From positions 1,770,001 through 1,802,000 of the forward strand of contig NC_008578.1 in NCBI RefSeq assembly GCF_000015025.1: DNA of 32,000 nucleotides. The letters run 5' to 3'. This stretch comes from Acidothermus cellulolyticus 11B (GTDB taxonomy: Bacteria > Actinomycetota > Actinomycetes > Acidothermales > Acidothermaceae). Positions 1 through 8,883 of this stretch are shown piece by piece. The notes below the pieces were generated by a model, which ran no database searches, was not told the DNA's origin, and was given only the letters and a program-made list of their open reading frames with translations. A program made the position numbers and the translations under genes. The stretch's first letter is position 1; every line of letters begins with the position of its first letter.

Positions 1-3000
1 GAATTCCCGCGCGGTGTCCGCAAACGCCGACGCAAAGACCTCCTGCACCCGCTCATCCACCTCACGGACGATTTCCAGCAAATCACGCCTGCTCTTCTTC
101 AGGTCTTCGAGCTGCTCGCTGAGAAAACGGTGGCGTTCCTCGAGCGCTGCGAATTCCTCCAAGGCCAGCGGATTCACCTTGCCGAGCGCAGCGAGGGCGC
201 GTTCGGCCGACCGGGCCCGCTTTTCTTGTTCGGCCCGCACGTACGGGACAGTCTCGACGGCGTCCGTCTCACCGTCGGTTGCATCGGTCTCGGCCGCGAC
301 CGGCACCGGAACATGCGGACCATATTCCGCGACCAGCGTGTCCGCGTCGACGCCGAATTCCTCCATTGCCCGCCCGGTGACCTGCTCCATCCGCAGCCGC
401 AGTTCGGCGCGGGCCACCTCGTCACGGTGCACGGCATCCGTCAACTTCTCGAGTTCGTCACCGACTGCACGCAACTCGTCCCGGACCCGGGCAAGCTCCG
501 CCTCCCGGGCGGCACGGTCATCATCCGCGACGCGCCGCTCGGCGTCCGCCTCGGTCAACGACCGCTCCAGCCGGCGCAGAATCACCCGCGAAGCCTGGGC
601 CACCGCGGCTGCGACGACCGCCTCACGTCGCCGCACTTCCCGCTGCCGGGCCGCCCGAATCCGAGCCGCCCGTTCCGCCTGTGCTGCAGCGGACAGCTCC
701 TCAGCCCGCTGCAACGCCGCCCGATAGCGTTCGTTCGCCGTGCCAACGGCAAGCCGTGCCTCAGTTTCTTCGGCGCGTGCGTCCGCGACAAGCTCTGCCA
801 GCCGATCCCGCTCCTCCGCCGAGGGTTCTTCGGGGACGTCGTCCGCCTCTTGGGCGGCCGCAAGGGCGCGCTCCAATTCGGCAAGCCGCTCCCGATCCCG
901 CTCGTTGGCCTCCCGGGCCTGCGCAATGGAACCGGCAAGCCGATCCGCTTCGGCCATTGCGGCCCGCGCCTGCGCTCCGAGGTGGCCAAGCTGCTCGGCA
1001 ATAGCGGCCATGGCGGCGTCCGACTCGTGGAGTTGGGCAAGCGCGGCGTCCGCCGCAGCCGCGGCCTGTTCACGGGCCTGTTCCGCCGCGGCTATCTCGA
1101 ACCGAAGCTGGTGCTGGCGTGCGACCACCTCGTCCAGCTGGCGGCGTGCATCGTCCAGGGCGGCCTGGACCTCCAAGAGGGACGGCGCTGTCGCTGACCC
1201 ACCGGCAGCCTCGGCGGCGGCCAGCAGGTCACCGTCCCGCGTGACGACGCGAAGGCCGGGGTGCCGGGTCACGAGCGCGTGCGCAGTCTGCAGGTCGTCG
1301 ACGACGACAACGTTGCGGAGCAGAACGTCCAGCGTGCCGCGGAATTCGGGTGCGGCATCGACGAGATCCCGTAACCAGCGGCCATCCGGCGGTGCTGTAC
1401 CGGCATGCCCGGATTCGGGCAATCCTCCGATCAATAGGGAGGTACGACCCGCGTCCTCTTCCTTGAGCCGCCGCATGCCGGCGAGTGCTGCGTCGACCGA
1501 GGTGACAGCGACGCCGTTGGCGACATCCCCAAGGACGGCGGCCAACGCGGCCTCGTAGCCGGCCTCGATCCGCAGCGTGCGGGCGACGGCACCCACCGTC
1601 CCCGGTACGGCGGCATCAAGCAGCGCCGCGGCACCGTCCTTGCGAGTCGCACTCAGCGCAAGCGCATCCACCCGAGCCGCGAGCGAGGCGCGCGCCCGCT
1701 CAAGCTCCCGTTCGCGCTCTCGAAGCGCCGCCAGCCGTTCCTCCGCCGCGGTCAGCGCCTCCGCCGCCCGTTCGTAGTCGGCATCCAGTCCGACTTCCCC
1801 TTCGTCGAGACCGGCGATCTGGCTTTCCAGTGCCTGAAATTCCTGCTGCGCCCGGTCCGCACGGGCCCGCGCCTCAGCAGCGGCGGCGGCAAGCCGGCCG
1901 ATCTCCTCCTCACCGGCCGCGACCCGAGTCCGCTGCGCAGCGACCTGGCCGGCCAGCCGGGCCAGCGTCTCCCGCCGATCCGCAGCCGCCCGCAGCGCGA
2001 GGGCGAAGCGCTGCTCCTCGGTGGCGAGCGCGGCTTCCGCCGCACGCCGGCGTTCACTCGCCTCGGCGAGCGCCGCCCGCAAGGCGGTCAGCTCGACGTC
2101 CAGCTGCCCGGCTTCCGCGCGTGCCGCCGCAGCCTCGGCGTCCAACTGCTCGGCGTCCCGCCCCTGCCAGGTCTCCTCCTGCGCCAATCGGGCCTGCCGA
2201 CACCGTTCCGCCGCAAGCTCGGCGGTTCCCCGGAGCCGTTCCCGCAGCGACGACAACCGGTACCACGTCTGCTGCGCGGCCGCGGACCGGTGGGCATCGG
2301 TCGACAGGGCCGCTTCCAATTCCGTTTCGCGTGCGCGCAACCGGCGCACATGTTGTTCCAATTCGTCGCGGCGGGCACGGGCGGCGTTCTCGTCAGCGAT
2401 GTCCCGTTCGAGCTCCGCCCGCAGCGTGACCAAATCATCAGCAAGCAGACGCAACCGGGCATCGCGGAGATCGGCTTGGATGCGCGCGGCCTTCCGCGCC
2501 GTTTCCGCCTGCCGGCCAAGGGGACCGAGTTGGCGCCGCAATTCCGTGGTGAGGTCAGCGAGCCGGGTCAGATTCGCCTGCATCGCTTCGAGCTTGCGCA
2601 GGGCCTTTTCTTTGCGCTTGCGGTGTTTGAGGACTCCGGCGGCCTCCTCGATGAAGCCGCGTCGTTCTTCCGGGGTGGCGTGCAGGACCTCCTCGAGCTG
2701 CCCCTGCCCGACGATCACGTGCATCTCCCGGCCGATGCCGGAATCCGAGAGGAGCTCTTGAATATCGAGCAGCCGGCAGGGACGGCCGTTGATGGCGTAC
2801 TCCGAGCCACCGTTCCGGAACATGATCCGGCTGAGGGTGACTTCGGAGTACTCAATAGGCAGCGCACCGTCGGAATTGTCGATGGTGACGACGACCTCGG
2901 CCCGGCCCAGCGGCGGACGGGACGCCGTCCCCGCAAAGATCACGTCCTCCATCTTGCCGCCGCGGAGGCTCTTCGCCCCCTGCTCACCCATCACCCACGC

Positions 3001-3132
3001 CAGCGCGTCAACGATGTTGGATTTGCCGGACCCATTGGGTCCGACGACACAGGTGATGCCCGGTTCGAAGCGCAAGGTGGTTGTGGACGCAAAAGACTTG
3101 AAGCCGCGCAGCGTGAGGCTCTTCAGATACAC
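1..3132 (-). CDS. smc: Chromosome segregation ATPase SMC, first ~1044 codons (C-terminus lies beyond the left edge)
   Basis: The minus-strand frame is open from GTG 3132 to base 1; it is absent from the ORF track only because no stop lies in the window. My translation starts VYLKSLTLRGFKSFASTTTLRFEPGITCVVGPNGSGKSNIVDALAWV (Walker A). At bases 1-200 it reads LGKVNPLALEEFAALEERHRFLSEQLEDLKKSRRDLLEIV. GGGAG lies 8 nt upstream of the GTG. The + strand ORFs here are antisense shadows. Confidence 0.95.
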   Translation of the reverse strand, partial: MYLKSLTLRGFKSFASTTTLRFEPGITCVVGPNGSGKSNIVDALAWVMGEQGAKSLRGGKMEDVIFAGTASRPPLGRAEVVVTIDNSDGALPIEYSEVTLSRIMFRNGGSEYAINGRPCRLLDIQELLSDSGIGREMHVIVGQGQLEEVLHATPEERRGFIEEAAGVLKHRKRKEKALRKLEAMQANLTRLADLTTELRRQLGPLGRQAETARKAARIQADLRDARLRLLADDLVTLRAELERDIADENAARARRDELEQHVRRLRARETELEAALSTDAHRSAAAQQTWYRLSSLRERLRGTAELAAERCRQARLAQEETWQGRDAEQLDAEAAAARAEAGQLDVELTALRAALAEASERRRAAEAALATEEQRFALALRAAADRRETLARLAGQVAAQRTRVAAGEEEIGRLAAAAAEARARADRAQQEFQALESQIAGLDEGEVGLDADYERAAEALTAAEERLAALRERERELERARASLAARVDALALSATRKDGAAALLDAAVPGTVGAVARTLRIEAGYEAALAAVLGDVANGVAVTSVDAALAGMRRLKEEDAGRTSLLIGGLPESGHAGTAPPDGRWLRDLVDAAPEFRGTLDVLLRNVVVVDDLQTAHALVTRHPGLRVVTRDGDLLAAAEAAGGSATAPSLLEVQAALDDARRQLDEVVARQHQLRFEIAAAEQAREQAAAAADAALAQLHESDAAMAAIAEQLGHLGAQARAAMAEADRLAGSIAQAREANERDRERLAELERALAAAQEADDVPEEPSAEERDRLAELVADARAEETEARLAVGTANERYRAALQRAEELSAAAQAERAARIRAARQREVRRREAVVAAAVAQASRVILRRLERSLTEADAERRVADDDRAAREAELARVRDELRAVGDELEKLTDAVHRDEVARAELRLRMEQVTGRAMEEFGVDADTLVAEYGPHVPVPVAAETDATDGETDAVETVPYVRAEQEKRARSAERALAALGKVNPLALEEFAALEERHRFLSEQLEDLKKSRRDLLEIVREVDERVQEVFASAFADTAREF

Positions 3133-3215
3133 GACGGGCGCTCCCACCTGGGCAGATCAACCGACGGTTCGGAGCCTATCGCCTGGCCACACGAACCCCG
3201 GCCCTCGACACGACA

Positions 3216-3242
3216 ACGGGACGCCGACCCGCAGCGTCCCGT
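3216..3242 (-). terminator. GC-rich hairpin (9-bp stem ACGGGACGC/GCGTCCCGT, 9-nt loop) downstream of the small ORF and upstream of smc
   Basis: Perfect inverted repeat read directly: 3216-3224 pairs with 3234-3242. It lies 23 nt after the stop at 3265. The trailing sequence on the minus strand (TGTCGTGTCG) is only weakly U-rich, so terminator function is tentative. Confidence 0.35.
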
Positions 3243-3264
3243 CGCAGCTTGCGTCTGAGGTGGC

Positions 3265-3468
3265 TCAGCTGAGCACCGGCTCCGCTTCGCTCACCGAGAT
3301 CGTGACAATCTCGTCGTCCTTGGCCCGCAGCGCAGCTAATTCTTCGTTAGCCGCTTGCAGGCGCAAGCACTCCTCTTCTAGGTCACGGATCCGCTGTTGC
3401 AGTCGGCGCATCTCCGACAGCAACCGGGGATCCGGACCGCCGAGATGGCCGAGAAGCGCCTTCGCCAT
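3265..3468 (-). CDS. Small (67 aa) coiled-coil protein of unknown function
   Basis: ATG 3468 has GGAGG 6 nt upstream (CCTCC at 3475-3479 on +). The sequence is heptad-like and rich in Leu/Glu/Arg: MAKALLGHLGGPDPRLLSEMRRLQQRIRDLEEECLRLQAANEELAALRAKDDE. Third codon positions are mostly G/C. I do not recognise a family. Confidence 0.6.
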   Translation of the reverse strand: MAKALLGHLGGPDPRLLSEMRRLQQRIRDLEEECLRLQAANEELAALRAKDDEIVTISVSEAEPVLS

Positions 3469-3505
3469 GGAGGTCCTCCAATGAATACCGGCTTCGATAG
3501 CAGGT

Positions 3506-3519
3506 GACGCGATCGCGTC
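3506..3519. promoter_or_regulatory. 14-bp perfect palindrome GACGCGATCGCGTC, 38 nt upstream of the small-ORF ATG (candidate operator or leader hairpin)
   Basis: Read directly; the reverse complement is identical. It sits in a locally lower-GC stretch. Confidence 0.3.
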
Positions 3520-3698
3520 GTTGCGTACCGATTCAGCGGTATGTGCTGGTAGATGTACTCAGGGTCGCACCCCGGGGGCGCCTGGGTCAACCCTTGAGTC
3601 ACGTTTTCATTACGAGAGTATCTCACCCACGCGCACCGCGGGTCTATACCACCCGGACGGCGTAATGCATGGCACTTCAGTACCGTGCCGGACGGGGG

Positions 3699-3764
3699 TC
3701 GGCACCGGCCCCTCACCCCGGCCCACTGCGTCGGTCCCTCGGCACCGGCCCCTCACCCCGGCCC
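3699..3764. repeat. Perfect 26-bp direct repeat TCGGCACCGGCCCCTCACCCCGGCCC x2 (40-bp period)
   Basis: Copies at 3699-3724 and 3739-3764 are identical. On the minus strand they read GGGCCGGGGTGAGGGGCCGGTGCCGA, with multiple G3-4 runs. Confidence 0.9.
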
Positions 3765-3912
3765 CTCGAACCGGTGCGCCGAGCCGGCCGGCCGGGACGC
3801 CAGGCCCGTCCGGCGGTCCGCCTGAGCCGGGGTCACCGTCTAGGACGCCGTCACGCTGGGGCGAAACCGAGCAGCCACCGGCGGCGCGACCCGCACGACT
3901 GCACCCGGTCAA

Positions 3913-4230
3913 TCACGCTTGGGTGAAACCGGAATAGCCGCCCCGCGCCGTCGACCACTCCGCGGTAACACCTGCGACAAAACCCGGCCGCCCATGCCGG
4001 GGGACGCCGCTCAGCAGCTCGAGAAGTTCCGCGCATCGCTCCCGCGGTCCCTCGGCGACCACTTCCACCCGGCTGTCTGGGAGATTTCGCGCGACCCCGG
4101 TCAACCCGAGTTCCAGGGCACGAGCCCGGACCCACCACCGGAAGCCGACGCCCTGCACCCGACCCCGAACCCAGGCCGTCAACCGCACCTGCTCGCAAGC
4201 CTGGACATCCGGTCGCGCGACGTCCGTCAT
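3913..4230 (-). CDS. acyP: Acylphosphatase
   Basis: [47 protein letters not shown] matches the acylphosphatase signatures (V.G.VQGVGFR and G.V.N..D..VE). Start trimmed to ATG 4230, which has GGAGG 4 nt upstream, instead of the track start 4248. Confidence 0.9.
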   Translation of the reverse strand: MTDVARPDVQACEQVRLTAWVRGRVQGVGFRWWVRARALELGLTGVARNLPDSRVEVVAEGPRERCAELLELLSGVPRHGRPGFVAGVTAEWSTARGGYSGFTQA

Positions 4231-4309
4231 TGGACCTCCTTTCCCCAAACGGTTTCTCCTGCGGTTTCCGGCACAGATACGGAGCGCGGCACCGCCGTCG
4301 CGCAGCGCC

Positions 4310-5164
4310 TTACCAGTGTGGCCGCCTCGGCACGGGCTGACATGCCGGACACCGAAAGGACGAACGGTTCATGAATGGCTCCCGCACGATCGCCGTCCCA
4401 CACCGCCGGCACGGCTGACCCGCCCGGCCGTAGACCGCCAACGACCGGTCGAAGAAACCGCTCTGCCCGTTGACATTGACGTACAACGCGTCGAACGACG
4501 TACCGCCGGCGCGCAGCGCAGCACGGAATACCGCACGTAACGCCGCGAGCAGCCGCCGGCAGGTCGCCGCCGAGATGTCGACGGTCGGGGTCGCGTAATG
4601 CAGCCGCGCGCGCCATAGTGCTTCGTCGGCGTAAATATTCCCGACGCCGGAAATAAGTGTTTGGTCAAGGAGTGCACGTTTGACACCCGTGCGCCGCTGG
4701 GTGAATCTGCGGTGGAACTCCGCCTCATCAAAAGCCACGTCGAGGATATCCGGCGCAATGTGGCTGATGCTCGCCGGCACATCCGCGATGAGGGGCGCGA
4801 GGGTGAGTCCGCCGAACGTCCGCTGGTCCACGAACCGCAGCTCAGGATCCCCGTCGGTGAAAGCAAACCGAGCCCGCAGATGCTTCGGCGACGGACTCGC
4901 CGCATCGGCGAGGAGAAATTGGCCGCTCATGCCCAGATGCGCGAGAAGCGCGAGATCGGAATCCAAAGCGAACCACAGATACTTTCCGCGCCGCAAGACC
5001 GCCTGAATACGCCGTCCGATCAGCCGGCCGGTGAAATCCGCCGCCCCGCCGGAATGCCGCCGTACCGCGCGCGGATGAAACACCTCGGCGTACCCGATGC
5101 GGCGTCCCACCAGGTGCCGAGCCAGACCGCGGCGGATCGTCTCGACCTCTGGAAGCTCGGGCAT
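4310..5164 (-). CDS. mutM: Formamidopyrimidine-DNA glycosylase (Fpg/MutM)
   Basis: The N-terminus [14 protein letters not shown] (catalytic Pro2/Glu3) starts at ATG 5164. C-terminal zinc finger: [25 protein letters not shown]. The track ORF 4310..5422 has a spurious N-terminal extension. Confidence 0.93.
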   Translation of the reverse strand: MPELPEVETIRRGLARHLVGRRIGYAEVFHPRAVRRHSGGAADFTGRLIGRRIQAVLRRGKYLWFALDSDLALLAHLGMSGQFLLADAASPSPKHLRARFAFTDGDPELRFVDQRTFGGLTLAPLIADVPASISHIAPDILDVAFDEAEFHRRFTQRRTGVKRALLDQTLISGVGNIYADEALWRARLHYATPTVDISAATCRRLLAALRAVFRAALRAGGTSFDALYVNVNGQSGFFDRSLAVYGRAGQPCRRCGTAIVREPFMNRSSFRCPACQPVPRRPHW

Positions 5165-5187
5165 GGCGTTCGTCGCGCCGCCTGCGG

Positions 5188-5928
5188 TCAGGACATCGCG
5201 TCGGCGCCGTCGACCGAGCGGCGAATCCGCAACCAGGCCTCCTGGGCGGCGCGTTGTTCGGCTTCCTTCTTGGAGTGTCCGCTGCCCGTGCCGTACACCC
5301 GGCCGCCGATCCGCACCTCGGCGGTAAAGACTTTCTCGTGGTCGGGGCCGCGTTCGGACAAGTCGTAGAACGGGACGCCGAGGTGCTGCGCCGCCGTCAG
5401 CTCCTGCAACGAGGTCTTCCAATCCAGGCCGGCGCCGAGGGCGGCCGCCCGGTCAATCAGGGGATCGAAAAGGCGATGGACGAATTCCGCGGCGCCGTCC
5501 AGCCCGTGCTCGACGTACACCGCTCCGATCAGCGCTTCCAGCGCGTCGGCGAGGATGGACGACTTGTTGCGCCCGCCCGTTGACTCCTCACCGCGACCCA
5601 GCCGGAGGAATTCGCCGAGGCGAAGCGAGCGGGCCACCTCGGCCAAGGCCCGCATGTTCACCACAGCGGACCGGAATTTCGCCAGCTGGCCTTCCGGAAG
5701 CTCAGGGAACCGGCGGTACAGCGTGTCGGTGATGACAAGCCCGAGAACGGCGTCGCCGAGAAATTCCAGTCGCTCGTTGGTGGGCAATCCGCCGTTCTCG
5801 TAGGCATAGGAGCGATGGGTCACGGCGCGTTCGAGCAGAGCCAGGCTCAAAGGCAACCCGGCGATCTGCTGAAGTTCCTCAAGAGCAGCCGCGCCGTTCG
5901 TCTCCGCCGCCACGGAGCGCTTCGCCAT
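5188..5928 (-). CDS. rnc: Ribonuclease III
   Basis: RNase III signature [20 protein letters not shown] plus a C-terminal dsRNA-binding domain ([35 protein letters not shown]). Start set at ATG 5928 (MAKRSVAAE). The track ORF extends to 6399 across rpmF in another frame. Confidence 0.92.
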   Translation of the reverse strand: MAKRSVAAETNGAAALEELQQIAGLPLSLALLERAVTHRSYAYENGGLPTNERLEFLGDAVLGLVITDTLYRRFPELPEGQLAKFRSAVVNMRALAEVARSLRLGEFLRLGRGEESTGGRNKSSILADALEALIGAVYVEHGLDGAAEFVHRLFDPLIDRAAALGAGLDWKTSLQELTAAQHLGVPFYDLSERGPDHEKVFTAEVRIGGRVYGTGSGHSKKEAEQRAAQEAWLRIRRSVDGADAMS

Positions 5929-5939
5929 CGGCGGATGTG

Positions 5940-6119
5940 TCAGCTGCTCAACACCGGACGCCGGTCGTACGTTCCGCAGTTCGGACACACGACGTGCGGC
6001 AACTTCGGCTGACGGCACGCGGGATTGTTGCAACGCACCAAGGTGGGAAGGGCTGCCTTCCACTGGGCGCGGCGGCTGCGGGTATTGCTTCGAGACATGC
6101 GGCGTTTCGGTACCGGCAC
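5940..6119 (-). CDS. rpmF: 50S ribosomal protein L32
   Basis: Not listed in the track (59 aa). My minus-strand translation from GTG 6119: [59 protein letters not shown], then stop TGA at 5940-5942. The PKR..S.S.. start and the zinc-ribbon cysteines are typical of L32. Confidence 0.92.
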   Translation of the reverse strand: MPVPKRRMSRSNTRSRRAQWKAALPTLVRCNNPACRQPKLPHVVCPNCGTYDRRPVLSS

Positions 6120-6208
6120 GGGGTCCTCCCTGCGACGTCACTGGCCCGGCGTGCCGATCGGCACGCCCGGTGGATCTGGTGGCTCGTCCCTCCGGCGGTC
6201 GGCGCGCC

Positions 6209-6766
6209 TCAGCCGAGACCATCGGCCAGGGTGCGCAATGCCTCCCACCTAGCGTCGATCTCCTCCGGATGCCGGTGCTCGGACACCGTTGCGAGTGCCA
6301 CCCCGCACCGCGGACAGAGCCCAGGGCAATCATCGCGGCACAACGGCGCGAGCGGCAAGGCGAGCACGACGGCGTCGTGCACCACCGGCTCGAGATCAAT
6401 GGCCTCGTCGACCACTTCGCCGATCTCGTCGTCGTCCGCCACCCGGTGACCGGGGTAGACGAACAACTGCTCGAGTTCGACCACCAGCTCGGTGTCGAAG
6501 GCCTCGAGACAGCGAGCGCACTCTCCGGTCAGGGAGACCTGAGCCGTCCCCGACACCCAGACACCCTCGCGCACCGACTCAATCTGGACGTCGAGTGCGA
6601 GGTCGCTGCCGTCAGGCACGTGGATCAGCTCGCCTCGAAGATCTGCCGGCGCAGGGACGACGCGGGACACCTTACGCATGCGGCCGGGACGGTAGGCGAT
6701 CTCCCGAATGTCGACCACAAGCGGCCCAGCGCCGCGATGCGTCCGGTCTCCTGCTCCTTGCGCCAT
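6209..6766 (-). CDS. DUF177 (YceD-family) protein
   Basis: It lies directly upstream of rpmF, as in most bacteria. C-terminal CxxC pairs are present (CARC ... [13 protein letters not shown]). ATG 6766 has GGAG 5 nt upstream. The track ORF runs on to 7066 without protein-like sequence. Confidence 0.85.
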   Translation of the reverse strand: MAQGAGDRTHRGAGPLVVDIREIAYRPGRMRKVSRVVPAPADLRGELIHVPDGSDLALDVQIESVREGVWVSGTAQVSLTGECARCLEAFDTELVVELEQLFVYPGHRVADDDEIGEVVDEAIDLEPVVHDAVVLALPLAPLCRDDCPGLCPRCGVALATVSEHRHPEEIDARWEALRTLADGLG

Positions 6767-6810
6767 TGATCTCCTGGAGGTGACCGTCGTAGTCGCCGTG
6801 CCCCACGGGG

Positions 6811-7011
6811 GACCGGCGTCCGAGACGGAGCCGCCATCGAGGATACCGTGCGCATCGGCATGCCCGGCCGGTTGATCGTCCTCGATCAAGCAGTTCATCC
6901 TTCCGGATCGAGACAGCAACGGGTCCGACCCCGCATCCGCAACGACGGAGCCGGGAGCCGGGCTCGACCCGGTGGACGCCGACCACGACTCCGCATGCGC
7001 AACGACGGAGC
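6811..7011. repeat. Three copies of a ~25-bp motif GAC(C/T)CCGCAT(C/G)CGCAACGACGGAGC in the DUF177 upstream region
   Basis: Copies at 6927-6951 and 6987-7011 match at 23/25 positions and are exactly 60 bp apart. A degenerate, 4-nt shorter copy (GACCGGCGTCCGAGACGGAGC) lies at 6811-6831. Confidence 0.8.
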
Positions 7012-7072
7012 GGCTTCGGGCGGCAGGCCCCCGCGTCAGATGCAGGCTCACCGGACCCGGCACCACCCCGCG

Positions 7073-7561
7073 TCAGAGCGGCGGATCGTCCGTCGTCTCT
7101 GTCAGACCGGACAACTCCCCCTTGCCGTGCAGCTTCTCCCGCCCGCGCAGCACGGCGGCAAGCGTCTTGTTCAAGACGATTTCGAAATTCGCGAGCCTGG
7201 TGTCGATGTAGTCGTCCACCTCGCGCCGCATCTCGCCGGCTTCGCGACGCGCCTCGTCGAGCAGCCGCTCGGCCTCCTCGGCCGCTGCGCGATGAATCTC
7301 TGACTCGGCGACCAGCTGGGCGCGCTCCCGCAACGCCTCTTCGATGATCCTCTCGGCTTCGCGGCGACCCTCCGCGATCACCTGATCGCGTTCCGCCAGG
7401 ATGTGCTGTGCCCGGCGCAGCTCCTCGGGGAGGAGCTCGCGCAACTCGTCAAGCATCGCGAGCAGCTGGCCGCGGTTCACGATGCAGGATGCGGACATCG
7501 GCACTGATCGAGCGCCCTCGATGTGCGCCACGATCTCGTCGAGCTTCTCCGTCAGTTCCAC
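7073..7561 (-). CDS. SepIVA-like DivIVA-domain coiled-coil protein (Rv2927c family)
   Basis: The N-terminus VELTEKLDEIVAHIEGARSVPMSASCIVNRGQLLAMLDELRELLPEEL follows the pattern I remember for M. tuberculosis Rv2927c (LDEL..IVEEARGVPM.A.C.V.R). The C-terminus DDYIDTRLANFEIVLNKTL also fits. GTG 7561 is preceded by GGGAGA. Synteny with DUF177 matches. Confidence 0.8.
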   Translation of the reverse strand: MELTEKLDEIVAHIEGARSVPMSASCIVNRGQLLAMLDELRELLPEELRRAQHILAERDQVIAEGRREAERIIEEALRERAQLVAESEIHRAAAEEAERLLDEARREAGEMRREVDDYIDTRLANFEIVLNKTLAAVLRGREKLHGKGELSGLTETTDDPPL

Positions 7562-7595
7562 GCCGTCTCCCTGCTCTCTCGGCAAGCGCCTGCCA

Positions 7596-8093
7596 TCAAT
7601 GGTCCGGCTCGCGGCTTGGGTCGAAGAGGCGGGTGCGAAGCCGCCGGGCGACCGAATCGGGGATGAGAGTGGACACATCGCCCCCGTATGCGGCGACTTC
7701 CTTGACCAGGCTGGACGACAAGAAGCTGTACAGCGGATTCGTTGATAAAAACAGGGTTTCGACGCCCGCAAGACTGTGATTCATCTGAGCCATCTGCAAT
7801 TCGTAGTCGAAATCGCTCACCGCGCGCAAGCCCTTGATAATGACCGGAATTCCACGAGCACGACAAAAATCGACGAGCAAGCCACTGAAGGATTCCACAA
7901 CCACGTTGGGGTACTGCGCGGTGGCTTCCCGCACCATGTCCATCCGTTCCTCGACGGAGAAAAGTGCACGTTTCGCCTTATTCACCAGGACGGCGACGGT
8001 CACCTCGTCGTACAGCGCGGCGGCGCGGGAAATGATGTCGAGGTGACCGTTGGTCACCGGATCGAACGATCCCGGACAGACCGCCTTACGCAC
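7596..8093 (-). CDS. coaD: Phosphopantetheine adenylyltransferase
   Basis: [16 protein letters not shown] (nucleotidyltransferase T/HxGH motif). Length 165 aa. GTG 8093 is preceded by GGAGG. Confidence 0.95.
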   Translation of the reverse strand: MRKAVCPGSFDPVTNGHLDIISRAAALYDEVTVAVLVNKAKRALFSVEERMDMVREATAQYPNVVVESFSGLLVDFCRARGIPVIIKGLRAVSDFDYELQMAQMNHSLAGVETLFLSTNPLYSFLSSSLVKEVAAYGGDVSTLIPDSVARRLRTRLFDPSREPDH

Positions 8094-8221
8094 ACGCGCC
8101 TCCTTCGTGGACCGGCAGGGCAGGAGCCAGCCTAGCGAGTGCGGTCGTCCGGAGCGATATCCCGTGCGTCACCTCTCCACCAGGCGTACCGCACCGACGG
8201 CGTCCGCGAGCGTCGTGGTCA

Positions 8222-8794
8222 TCAACCGTTCGATCCGTCCCGGGCAAGGCGGGCGTAGTGCAACGCTGTCTCACCGTAGTGCCGCTCCTGGAGCGCCTCC
8301 AGACCCGTCGGCCACTGCCACGGATCCCGCCTGCTCCGCTCGACAATCACGACGGCGTCCGCCGTCAGCACCCCGCGGGTCAAGAAACTGCGTAACACCT
8401 CGGCGAGCTTCGCCGCGGGGAGCAGGTACGGCGGGTCTGCGAAGAGGACGTCGACACTGCCGGCGGCCAGCTCCTGGGCGACCACTGCTGCGTCGCGCGG
8501 ATGGATCTCAACGGCGCCGACCGCCCGGACGCGGGTCACATTCGCGCGGAGCGCCCGCACCGCCGTAGCGGAACTCTCCACAAAGATCACCCGCGCCGCT
8601 CCCCGGGACCAGGCTTCCAGCCCAACCGCGCCCGAACCGGCGTAGCAGTCAAGGAACACCCGGTCCTGGACGCCGCCAAAAGACTCCAGCGTTGAGAACA
8701 GCGCCTCGCGCACGCGGTCCGACGTCGGCCGCGTGCCAACGGGCGGCGCCGCAATCTGCAAGCCGCCCGCGCGTCCGGCAATGATCCGTGGCAC
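8222..8794 (-). CDS. rsmD: 16S rRNA (guanine966-N2)-methyltransferase RsmD
   Basis: TRPTSDRVREALFS at the N-terminus, SAM-binding motif DCYAGSGAVGLEAWSRGA, and DPPY motif (FADPPY). It is adjacent to coaD as usual. Confidence 0.9.
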   Translation of the reverse strand: MPRIIAGRAGGLQIAAPPVGTRPTSDRVREALFSTLESFGGVQDRVFLDCYAGSGAVGLEAWSRGAARVIFVESSATAVRALRANVTRVRAVGAVEIHPRDAAVVAQELAAGSVDVLFADPPYLLPAAKLAEVLRSFLTRGVLTADAVVIVERSRRDPWQWPTGLEALQERHYGETALHYARLARDGSNG

Positions 8795-8883
8795 GGCATG
8801 TCCTCCTCATCTCCAGCTGACGGGCGCTGGCGGGCCGCTGCTCGCCGGCCGGCCGCTGCGCACCCGGCAGGTCACGTCGCGAA

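Noticed and set aside
130-3258. + strand ORFs 130..1197, 740..1558, 2021..2761 and 2290..3258
   Set aside because: All are antisense or off-frame shadows of smc. The minus frame ending at GTG 3132 gives textbook SMC sequence across the whole interval.
5929-6399. N-terminal 157 codons of track ORF 5188..6399 (rnc) and the analogous extensions of 4310..5422, 6209..7066, 7073..7771, 17108..18118, 24877..25707 and 25754..26938
   Set aside because: The extensions are not homologous to the respective families. They overlap other real features (rpmF, tRNA-Pro, repeats, a terminator), and better internal starts with SD sequences exist.
6941-6947. Shared AACGACG core among the three independent repeat families (6927/6987, 18044 and the 26752 array), hinting at a common regulator
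   Set aside because: A 7-mer of this composition is expected about 3 times by chance on both strands of 32 kb at about 70% GC. Flanking positions of the three families do not align, and copies within a family are not independent.
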